Shown: one piece after another, positions 10,247-19,500 of the stretch
How the letters are laid out: each line of letters begins with the position of its first letter
Position numbering within the stretch: position 1 is the first letter of the stretch
Source: a virus
Taxonomy: Duplodnaviria > Caudoviricetes
Strand: one strand, 5' to 3'
IMG/VR virus record: IMGVR_UViG_3300018080_003823
Coordinates: 1,805-65,804 of that record
DNA: 64,000 nucleotides
Notes under the pieces: model-generated
Told to the model about the DNA's origin: nothing
The model's database searches: none
Seen by the model: only the letters and a program-made list of their open reading frames with translations
Program-made: the position numbers and the translations under genes

Positions 10247-11946
10247 TGGACAAAGTAATAACAGATCACTTAGTGAAACTGTCAGATAGCCTCGATAAAG
10301 CCGGGAAAACCCAGTGCTCTAATGCAATAGATGGATTGATTCAAAATAAATCTATCATAAAAATTGCTCAATATGTAGGAGCCATTGGGTATGTCCTTAA
10401 GCAAAATCGAGCTATGTCGAATTGTGTTCGTAAGAAACGAGTTGCTCATTCCGGATCTATGCAAGAAGTTGTACTGGATTGCTTAAAAGAATATCAAGAT
10501 GGACAGGAGTATGGTAATAACGAGTGGACTGCCAAATATGCTAAAGTTATTGAGCAGACTCCAGAATATTTTGATTCTTTGCATGCTGATTTTCTGAAGA
10601 TCATAGCAAGCGAGAATAATATATCTGACCATATAACTAAAGCCAAAGAAGCTAGTAGTATTCTTGTAGATAATGAGGTTGAAGATGATTTATTTAAAGC
10701 ACTTCAAGCAGATTTAAACCAGCTGGATAATTTATTTAAGGAGGGTGACGCAGATCCCCGCCCTTTTAAATTAGCCGCAGCTCCCCGCTCTCAAAGAGGA
10801 TTATGGAGTAGACTCTTCTCTCCAAGTGGGACAGCACGCGGCGTCCAGAAAGACACTGAATTAGAAATGGATAATATACTAGAAGGCATATCATCCATTG
10901 CTATGATGACGCAGCAAATTCGAAATAATATTTCAATGATTCAATATCAAGCAGCATCATTGGGACAATACCCTAACGTTATCTCGGCTGCTCAAAATTT
11001 ATCTTCGAATGATTGGAATAAAAATTTACAAGCCATACAATCGCTCCAATCTGCATTAGGAACTATAACTCAAGATCCTAGTACATTTAGATTACAAGAA
11101 TTAAGTTATAATATTTCTAATAATATGAGCAATATATATAGTCAAGTTGAACGAATTCAGAGAAATATGTTTAACTTAAGACAAAGAGATCCTATAAAAG
11201 GTAGAACTTATGGGCCTTCTACTGCAGAAGAATTTGGTCAATTAGAAATGGCGTTAGAAAAGTTAATTCGTAATCCTTTTGATGATAAAGCACTATTTTA
11301 TGCTCAAAAATTACATGGGCGACTGGAAGATGCTCTTAATATGAGACCAACAGAATTAGGCCCAGAATTCCAAGAATGGATTGAAACTCATCCTGGACAA
11401 TCTCAATTTGAGCCTCAACCTGAATTTGAAACAGAAACCGGGGAAGAAATCCCCGAAGTTGTTAATCAACCTCAATCGCCTTCGGAAGACTTAACAGAAG
11501 ATACTGCCCAACAGTTGACTCGGCTATTAGGACCAGGTTTTACTAATGCACTTGTTGAAGTTTTGGGAGAAATTGCTCGAATGGACTATGGCAGCGCTTC
11601 AGAAGCTCAAAATTTATTAAGTTTAATTCAAGAATTAAATGTATTAAATGCTCCCAATGAAGGAGAAACTAGTCAAGAATCCGAAAATATAACTTTACCG
11701 GAATCTGAAGAGCTGGAATTAGGAGATTCAGGTGGCGTTCCTGAAGAAGTTGTGCCAGAATCACAGGAATATGACGCTGATACGATACTTGACCTAGATG
11801 ACTGGAATAATATTAAAGATCCACGAGAAGCTGCTTCTCGAATGGATACATTAATTAAGATAGCTGATATTGCTGATGTGGTATCACCAAGAATTGCAAA
11901 TATAATTGACGAGTACATTAAATGCTCTAAACTTAGAAAAACCTAG
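10246..11946 (+). CDS. hypothetical, probable inner-head protein
   Basis: 566 aa with an L.K.(A/S)D.LD..G...(A/S)..ID helical motif at both ends and K-x-A sites. Confidence 0.7.
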   Translation: MDKVITDHLVKLSDSLDKAGKTQCSNAIDGLIQNKSIIKIAQYVGAIGYVLKQNRAMSNCVRKKRVAHSGSMQEVVLDCLKEYQDGQEYGNNEWTAKYAKVIEQTPEYFDSLHADFLKIIASENNISDHITKAKEASSILVDNEVEDDLFKALQADLNQLDNLFKEGDADPRPFKLAAAPRSQRGLWSRLFSPSGTARGVQKDTELEMDNILEGISSIAMMTQQIRNNISMIQYQAASLGQYPNVISAAQNLSSNDWNKNLQAIQSLQSALGTITQDPSTFRLQELSYNISNNMSNIYSQVERIQRNMFNLRQRDPIKGRTYGPSTAEEFGQLEMALEKLIRNPFDDKALFYAQKLHGRLEDALNMRPTELGPEFQEWIETHPGQSQFEPQPEFETETGEEIPEVVNQPQSPSEDLTEDTAQQLTRLLGPGFTNALVEVLGEIARMDYGSASEAQNLLSLIQELNVLNAPNEGETSQESENITLPESEELELGDSGGVPEEVVPESQEYDADTILDLDDWNNIKDPREAASRMDTLIKIADIADVVSPRIANIIDEYIKCSKLRKT

Positions 11947-12048
11947 TATGTTGAAAATAAGAGCATAAAAAAGAAGGAAAGATAACTGTGAGCACACAAC
12001 TTGTACTACACAGGATTGTCTGTAGAATATTTAATAGGAGAGGAAACG

Positions 12049-12780
12049 ATGGAATTCTTTTCTCATAGAATTGTGAATCCAGTAGGTAATGGTTCAACTT
12101 TTGATGATTGGATCAAAAAAAACTTTGTTAAAACATCTTCCGAGGCCAAACCAGAATGCGAAGATGATCCTCGTGGCCAGTGCAGAGGCCAAGTTATCAA
12201 TAATGATAACGAGGAAGGTGCGCATTCATACCAAGAGGGCGAATCAGTAGACGGTAAGCCAGATCAATCTGAAGGTTCTAAGAAAGAATCTAAGAAAGGA
12301 AAGGAAACCGAAGCAAGCTCTGATACACCTATCAAAGAAGCTGATTGCGAGAAAGAAATGGGTGAATCCAATAAAGCAGGAGATGTTACCGAGGAACACT
12401 CTGATGCTGCTAGTGCAGATGTAGGAGAAGCCAAGGTAGAGCAGAACATTAATAATGATCCCAATTATCAAAAGGGCGAGTCTACTGATCCTGGTAAAGT
12501 TGATGGCAAAAACAAGAAAGAATCCGCTGTAAAAAATGCATCATCTAAAGGATTTAAGAAAGTAGCCTCAATGGGTCATAAAGAGAAACTTGAACTGTTT
12601 GCGTATATGACGTCACAGAAAACCAAATCAGGTGCTCCTGCCTGGCCTATGGAATACGTAGAAGCGATGGTTGGAACTACTTATGCTAATTTAAAAGACG
12701 ATGAAAAAGCATGGTTCCGTAAATTCTGGGAAACTCAGTACCCTGACTCGTATGTAGCTGAAATGGTTAAGGATCGTTAA
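12049..12780 (+). CDS. hypothetical, probable inner-head protein
   Basis: ATG at 12049 follows AGGAGAGG. Internal repeat INNDN/P..YQ.GES.D. Confidence 0.7.
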   Translation: MEFFSHRIVNPVGNGSTFDDWIKKNFVKTSSEAKPECEDDPRGQCRGQVINNDNEEGAHSYQEGESVDGKPDQSEGSKKESKKGKETEASSDTPIKEADCEKEMGESNKAGDVTEEHSDAASADVGEAKVEQNINNDPNYQKGESTDPGKVDGKNKKESAVKNASSKGFKKVASMGHKEKLELFAYMTSQKTKSGAPAWPMEYVEAMVGTTYANLKDDEKAWFRKFWETQYPDSYVAEMVKDR

Positions 12781-12794
12781 AAAAAGAGGATTTT

Positions 12795-13400
12795 ATGTCT
12801 ATTATTCCTACAGGAAAACGAAGAGACCAGGTAAAACAAGGAGACTATAAATATGACAGTCTGTTTGGTAATGACCTGTTCGAGAAAATAGCAATTACTG
12901 GAGAAATGGATTTGAAAGAATCTCCTCCAGTAAATCCAACTGCTCCTACAGAGTTACAACAGGCTACCAATCAAGGTACCCTAAACTTTGATCGTGGTAT
13001 GGGAGCTAATCCGTTTCAAGACAAACGACCTGAACAGAATGTTCAAAATAACCAGCATAGTCCATTTTTAACTGATACTGGTGAATCTTTAAGTGATGAA
13101 GATGCTCAAGTAAATCAAGGACTATTGCATGAGCGTCAAAAAATTATGAATGTTTTGCAGGGTGGCGGATTTATCATGGATCTCAGTAATGCTGGTAAAG
13201 ATGGTGCAATTAATCTGAAATTACGTCCACAGCCAGGACTGCAAATTACACCAGAACATTATGAGCGTTTGTTACAAAGTCTCGCTAAGGTTGGCATAAA
13301 TCCTACACAGATTTCTGATCCAGATCCGAATACAGGAGCGATGTCAATTAGCTATAAAACAAATATAGAGCCCGAAAAGGTAACCAAGCCAGGCAGATAA
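12795..13400 (+). CDS. hypothetical protein
   Basis: 201-aa ORF with a GAGGA RBS. Confidence 0.7.
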   Translation: MSIIPTGKRRDQVKQGDYKYDSLFGNDLFEKIAITGEMDLKESPPVNPTAPTELQQATNQGTLNFDRGMGANPFQDKRPEQNVQNNQHSPFLTDTGESLSDEDAQVNQGLLHERQKIMNVLQGGGFIMDLSNAGKDGAINLKLRPQPGLQITPEHYERLLQSLAKVGINPTQISDPDPNTGAMSISYKTNIEPEKVTKPGR

Positions 13401-13415
13401 TAAGGAATAAATAAT

Positions 13416-14309
13416 ATGAAACTATCAGGACATAAATATGATAATGACGTCTTTAATAGTCTTTTAGATGGACTTTCCAAAGATGTTGAACTAAAGAAAA
13501 ATGCTCAAACTATCCCAGAGGCCAGTGAAGATCTGTTCTCTTTCTCTTCAACTACAGCTGAGAATATGAGCGATGTGCAAGTAGATCAGTTGGAATTCGT
13601 AGCAAATGAATTGTCTTTTGCAGCCGAAAAGGCTAAAATTGCCGTTAATGCTGAAGACTTAGCTAAATTTGCTTCAATTATTCAACAACAGAATATACGA
13701 GGGAAAAATATTGAGCGAGCTGCTCAAAAATATTGTAATGAAATTAATCGCGAAGTCGAATATTCTGGTACTACACGCATGAGTGGTCAAGAATTAATTG
13801 ACAAGTTGGCATCTCATAAAGTAACCCCAGCAGGCTACGATCCACAACATGGAGCAAACGATAGCCAGACAGGTAAATTTATGGGATCAATTCGTAATCC
13901 TAATAGCGTATGGGATACCGACGCTCTAGAAAAGCAATCTCAAGTCGCATTGGGTGACGAACAAATTAAGGCTAGTAAGAAGTTACACGAAGAGCATAGA
14001 ACTGCTATGAAAACAGCTCAATGGGAAGAATTACAAGAGAAACATTCTGATCCAGAGCAAGTACATAAGGGTATCAGCAATACTGGAACTTCAGAAACTT
14101 CTGAAACCTCGAATCCTAAATTAGCTGCAAATTCTATGAGTATGTTTAGCTCTGATAGAGATTTCGAAAATATTCCAGAACAAACTCTTGGAGAAGAAAT
14201 AATCGCTCAAGCAGAAGCTAGAGCAAATAAGAAAATTGCTAATGATGAATCTCCACAAATTCAAAAGCCCATGAATACCAAAGATGTTTTAGGTAAATTT
14301 TTTGAGTAA
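13416..14309 (+). CDS. hypothetical protein
   Basis: 297-aa ORF with an AAGGA RBS. Confidence 0.7.
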   Translation: MKLSGHKYDNDVFNSLLDGLSKDVELKKNAQTIPEASEDLFSFSSTTAENMSDVQVDQLEFVANELSFAAEKAKIAVNAEDLAKFASIIQQQNIRGKNIERAAQKYCNEINREVEYSGTTRMSGQELIDKLASHKVTPAGYDPQHGANDSQTGKFMGSIRNPNSVWDTDALEKQSQVALGDEQIKASKKLHEEHRTAMKTAQWEELQEKHSDPEQVHKGISNTGTSETSETSNPKLAANSMSMFSSDRDFENIPEQTLGEEIIAQAEARANKKIANDESPQIQKPMNTKDVLGKFFE

Positions 14310-14322
14310 TAAGGATGGATGA

Positions 14323-16287
14323 ATGTTCAATTTGGAAAAACACAACCAAATACCATCAGAATCCATCGAAGGAGATATAACCGGTGCGTTTGATGACTTA
14401 GAGGGACAATATCAAGGAGAGCCTGTCGAAAGTACATCAGATGAACTTGTTGATACTGTAGATGATGCTCACCAGCAATTATTACTACAACAAGCATCAA
14501 ACGTTCCTATTTGGCAATATTTTTTAGATCTAGAACAAGAACATCCAGAATTAGCCCCTGATATACAAGCAGTAAAAACTCAGTCTGGAATTCAAGCATT
14601 AGAAGACACAATGAATCCGGCAGCTATTAGAGCTTTATATGATCAACTGGAAAAAGCCAATATAGAGGCAACATCTACATTATTGAATGAGACTACTGAT
14701 AACGTATTTTCGAAATCTGCTATTCTCAACGCTGCCAGAAAAGCTCAGAATGACAGAATACGAAATGTACAAACTCCAGAAGGTTTACCTCTTTCTGCTT
14801 TTAATATCAAACAATATAAAAAAGCCCAAATGGGATCATCTAAATTCCCGGTAGTAAATTTAGGAGATTTTATTACTAAATTTGCTGATGATCTTTTATC
14901 TTGGGATGGTGATCCAAGAACACCAGAATCGCAGTTAGCAAAATTAGCTTATGAAGAAATTAGAAATGCAGTAAGTCCAGGATTTGAAGAAGAAGCTAAT
15001 AGTATTTTAGAGACTATTATTGAGTTGGATCCCATTACAGGACACTCGGATGCCGAAAAGAGCCTTATGAAAATTTATGATGTAATGCTAGCTCCAATGG
15101 CAAAGAATGAATCAACTCAAGAAATGTCGTCTCAAATAACTCCAGAAATGGAGACTATGGAGCCCATAATGAGTCAAAATGAACCAAAAGGAATTGTCAT
15201 ACATGATCTAGCAGAACATGTTACAAAAGAATCCTCTAATAACAATATGACCAAAACCGCAGCTGATCAATTTGGTCAGCAATATCTATTGTATGGACCT
15301 ACAGAGAAACGCATTTGTCCTAAGCTGCGTGGGAAAAACCTAAGTGTTGGTGATGTAGTTTCAGAATATACTTGTCGCCATCATTGTCCAAATGGAATCT
15401 GTATAGATGACAATAAAACCATTTGCGGAGAAGCACTTTGGCGAGCAAATGCAATGGACAAATTCTCTCGTGAATATGTAGATGCTGATGGAAATATTCA
15501 AGGTGGTTATTTTAATAAACGATTTGAAATAAATAGAAATGTCCCCGAAGAAAATAAGATGCGTCTAAAGCCAGGCGAAACACGCAAACCACGTCCTGCA
15601 TCCCAGGGTAATTTAGAGTCTAGAATGCAAGATATGCGAAATAAAGAAGGGCAATCTAGAGACTATCGACCTAACTCCGACACTAGCAAACCATTTAATT
15701 GGAGTAAAGATGTTGATCAAAATAATGTTCAACAAAATCAAACAAAACGCGATGCCCGCGAAAAAAATAGCGGACATCAATTAGTCCAATATACTAATAG
15801 AAATGAAGGCGAAAATAATCCCAAAAAATTAGCCTTTAATTTGAAAGCCCAGAAAACAGCTAGATTATCACAGAAACCTAAAGATCTAAAACAAACACAT
15901 AATCCGCATCCAGCTGATACTCATACTATAGAAGTAAATCCATCAGCTGCTCATGCTAGACAACCAGCAGATATAGATCCAAGAAAACAAACTCTAGATC
16001 AAGGTAAACCTATGGCTAAAAAACATTCTTTTAATCTAAAACAAGCAAAAGAATCAAAGACTTGTTACGAAGGAGAATGCTGGGATGTTAATCCATGGGC
16101 GATTTGCAATAAATCAACCGGAGGCAAAAGCAAAGGTAAAGAAAAATTTGAACGTTGTGTACAAGAAGTAAAAAGTAAAAATATGCCCGAGGAAGATTCC
16201 CCGAAAGCTGATAAAGAAGCTCAATTCTCATTAATTGAGTGGACTAAAAATCAATCCGCAGATAGTAATTCTAAAAAAAAAACTTAG
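14323..16287 (+). CDS. hypothetical Cys-cluster protein, probable head-associated; candidate -1 frameshift at the 3' end
   Basis: 654 aa with repeated FN(L/I)K..K.A motifs. Ends in an A10 run followed by TAG. Confidence 0.72.
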   Translation: MFNLEKHNQIPSESIEGDITGAFDDLEGQYQGEPVESTSDELVDTVDDAHQQLLLQQASNVPIWQYFLDLEQEHPELAPDIQAVKTQSGIQALEDTMNPAAIRALYDQLEKANIEATSTLLNETTDNVFSKSAILNAARKAQNDRIRNVQTPEGLPLSAFNIKQYKKAQMGSSKFPVVNLGDFITKFADDLLSWDGDPRTPESQLAKLAYEEIRNAVSPGFEEEANSILETIIELDPITGHSDAEKSLMKIYDVMLAPMAKNESTQEMSSQITPEMETMEPIMSQNEPKGIVIHDLAEHVTKESSNNNMTKTAADQFGQQYLLYGPTEKRICPKLRGKNLSVGDVVSEYTCRHHCPNGICIDDNKTICGEALWRANAMDKFSREYVDADGNIQGGYFNKRFEINRNVPEENKMRLKPGETRKPRPASQGNLESRMQDMRNKEGQSRDYRPNSDTSKPFNWSKDVDQNNVQQNQTKRDAREKNSGHQLVQYTNRNEGENNPKKLAFNLKAQKTARLSQKPKDLKQTHNPHPADTHTIEVNPSAAHARQPADIDPRKQTLDQGKPMAKKHSFNLKQAKESKTCYEGECWDVNPWAICNKSTGGKSKGKEKFERCVQEVKSKNMPEEDSPKADKEAQFSLIEWTKNQSADSNSKKKT

Positions 16288-16538
16288 CGAATAGTTCCTC
16301 TAAGTCTGCTCAAACCTTAAACATCGAAATTAAAGGCAAAAGAATGGGCGTACACCCAAATTTTGCTCATGAATTCCTGGATGCTGAAAGTATGCAAGAA
16401 TTTTTGCAAAACCTACATGATGACGAATGCTGTATAATTGAACAGCACGGAAATGATCTAGAGATTTTACAGGCTCTAAAAAATCGAGCTGATGCAGACG
16501 TGCAGGAAAGTACAAAATCGCTTGTAATGGATGGCTAA
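16281..16538 (+). CDS. probable -1 frameshift extension of 14323 ORF (or small ORF from ATG 16344)
   Basis: The -1 frame is open from the A10 run to TAA at 16538. No clear RBS precedes ATG 16344. Confidence 0.5.
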   Translation, partial: NLANSSSKSAQTLNIEIKGKRMGVHPNFAHEFLDAESMQEFLQNLHDDECCIIEQHGNDLEILQALKNRADADVQESTKSLVMDG

Positions 16539-16572
16539 ATTTCTATTACAAATTTTAGAGAACGGATAACAA

Positions 16573-19500
16573 ATGTCTAACATAATTCTACCTGATGATC
16601 CCGAATTTAATAAGCCTATTATTATGGGAAATCCATTTGAAGTAGATCCTACACAAGATCTTAATAAACAAGCTATTACCCCAGGAACTAAACAAGCCGA
16701 AATGGATCGTCAACGAGCAGAAAATCCACATATATTTAAGTATGCTAATACCTTGCCTAGCTCAAATCCTGAGTCGTGGCAAAATTCTATGACTAAAATT
16801 AGCCAATCTACTGGTGTGAGTAATATGATGACTCAACCAATGTGGTTTTCTCCTTTGCATACCCCCCAAAACTGGCAAGTAGCCAGCAAGAGACGTGAAG
16901 TATATCAGTGGAGCTTCGTACCAGATCACTGTTATTTGCTTAATTATGGGGATTTTTCACTATTAGATATTCAAGATGTATATACAAAACATAAGAATAA
17001 CCAAACTATGTATATACAAAACAATAAAGGTGAAAAGGCGAGTCCAGATATATGCACGAAAAGATATGTAGAGAAACAAGTTAACACATTAAAAATTATG
17101 GGTGTTTCTCATCCATTAAAAGTTACTCATGATCATAAATGCATGATTATTAAACGAGAACATGTTAAATGTACAAATGTAGACTCTCCAGGATGTCTTA
17201 AAGCCAAATGTGATTTACGACGTGCAATTGATTATAAAATATCTACAGTTAATGCCGAAGATGTGAGGAAGGGTGATTATGTTTTATGCCCATTCTCTAC
17301 TGAAGTAAAAGAATCAGTCATAAAAACTAAAGAACAAGCTAGGTTTGCTGGACATGTGGCTTCAGATGGCTATGTTTCTAAAAAGGAATCTGGAGTTAGT
17401 ATATTTTTACATCCAGATGAAGAAGAATTTGTAATGGATTCTGTCAAGCCTATATTTGATTCATATGGATCCAAAGCGAATCTTCAAAAAGATACTCGTA
17501 GTAAACAGCTTATGTCAATGCGCAGCGGAAGCAAACAATTGCATGTCTTTGCATCTAGTTTAGTCAAGGGTTCAAACATACACAAGAAATATACTGATCA
17601 AGTTATGCTCCTTGATCCGAAACTACAGTTACATGTATTAGGAGCTTATATACAATCTGATGGTTCATATAATAAAGTAAATGAGCAAATAGAAATAACT
17701 ACATGTTCAAAACATTTAGCTAGCCAGTTGCAAATAATGTTCTATAGATGTGGAATTATGGCGTTTGCTAGTAGACAGCCAAGAGGGATTAAAAATGGAT
17801 ACAAGACTAGTAATTCTCATTATTATATGATTAATGTTCCTAAAACATATGTATATATGTTGAAAGATTATGTTCCTGGAAAAATCCCAGAAAATGTATA
17901 TGAGCCAGTTGAAAAAAGTATATACAAAGATTCAAAATTCAGGGGCAAAAGCAATATATATTTCAAGAAAGATGAACATGAAATTCATCGCATTCAGAAT
18001 AGATTTTTCTGGAAAAATTATGTTGTAACTCCTGTTGTATCAAACACTTGTGAAGATTATAAAGGTGATGTTTATGACATTCGAACTCCTCCTACTTTTG
18101 CTATCACGGCAAATGGAATAGCTATTCATCAGTGTCGATTCTTCTATGAAGGAGAGCCGAAAGTTGCTGCTGCTATAGATTTTTATTGTTTCGCTCCTGA
18201 AACTCAAATTCTTATGGCTAATGGCTCTCAAAAATCTATTTCATCTATCGAACCTGGAGATGAAGTAGTATCACATTCAGGAAAAATTAACAAAGTAGCT
18301 AAAACTTTTGTTAGAGATGCATCTGAAGATATTTTGGAAATTCATTATTCTGGATCTAGTGAAATTCTGAGGGTAACATATGGTCATAAAATATTAGTCG
18401 AAGATAATGATTCAACAAAATACGTACAAGCACAAGAATTAAAGGTAGGAGATTATCTTTTAACTCCAATTAATCATCTTAATCTTGATCATGGTAGTGA
18501 ACATGTAAAGAATTTAGATGGATGTGATTATATTTATCAGGAAATAAGAGATATAAATCATTCTGAGTTTGTTGGTAAATTATATGATTTAGAAATAGAA
18601 AATGATCATTCTTACATAGCTAATGGAATAGCATGTTCGAACAGTCGCTTTCCTATGAATGGCTTTAAATTAGAATGCACTGACCCTAAAATCCTTAAAT
18701 TCTTTGCTCATCATATTGTTAAAAAATTACATCTAAATGAACGATTTAAAGAAATATCTTCCGAATACTATATGCTCGGTGATGTGTTTGTACATACAGA
18801 TATTCAATGTGATATTTGCGGAGGTACAGGAGAAGATCCAGATACTGGCGAACGATGTGATCATCCAGGAGGAAAACTCAGCCGTATCTTTATTATGAAT
18901 CCAGATTGGATAGAAGTACAAAGGTCCCCTTTAACAGATGAACCACTGATTGTATTAATACCTGACGAAGAATTACAACAAATAGTACATAAACGTCAAC
19001 CAAAAGCAATCTATGATAGAATACCAGAACACTTAAAAGCTCTTATTTTATCTAGAGCACCTATTCCATTATCGAATAGAACAATATCTCACCTAAAACA
19101 TATGTCAGTGCCTTATGGTACTTATGGTACCTCTATAATCAGAAGACTTTTTACTACTTTGGCTTACAAAACGAAGATTATGACTGCTAACTGGATTGTA
19201 GCTGAACGACTTATACTTCCTGTGCGAGTAGTAAAAATAGGTAGTGACGCTCGTCCTGCTGCTACTCAAGATATTGCTGATGTACAACAACAATTGGCAA
19301 ATGTTGCCAATGACCCTAACATGACAATAGTAACCCACCATAACTTCGAGTACGACTGGTATGGGACTTCTGGAAAAGTTCTTCAAATTACTCAGGAGAT
19401 GGAACACATTGATAAAGAGTTGTTAGATGGCTTAATGCTTAATCAAGCCCTTTTAAATGGCGAAATGTGCCATTCTGAAGATACTGAGGTACTTACAGAA

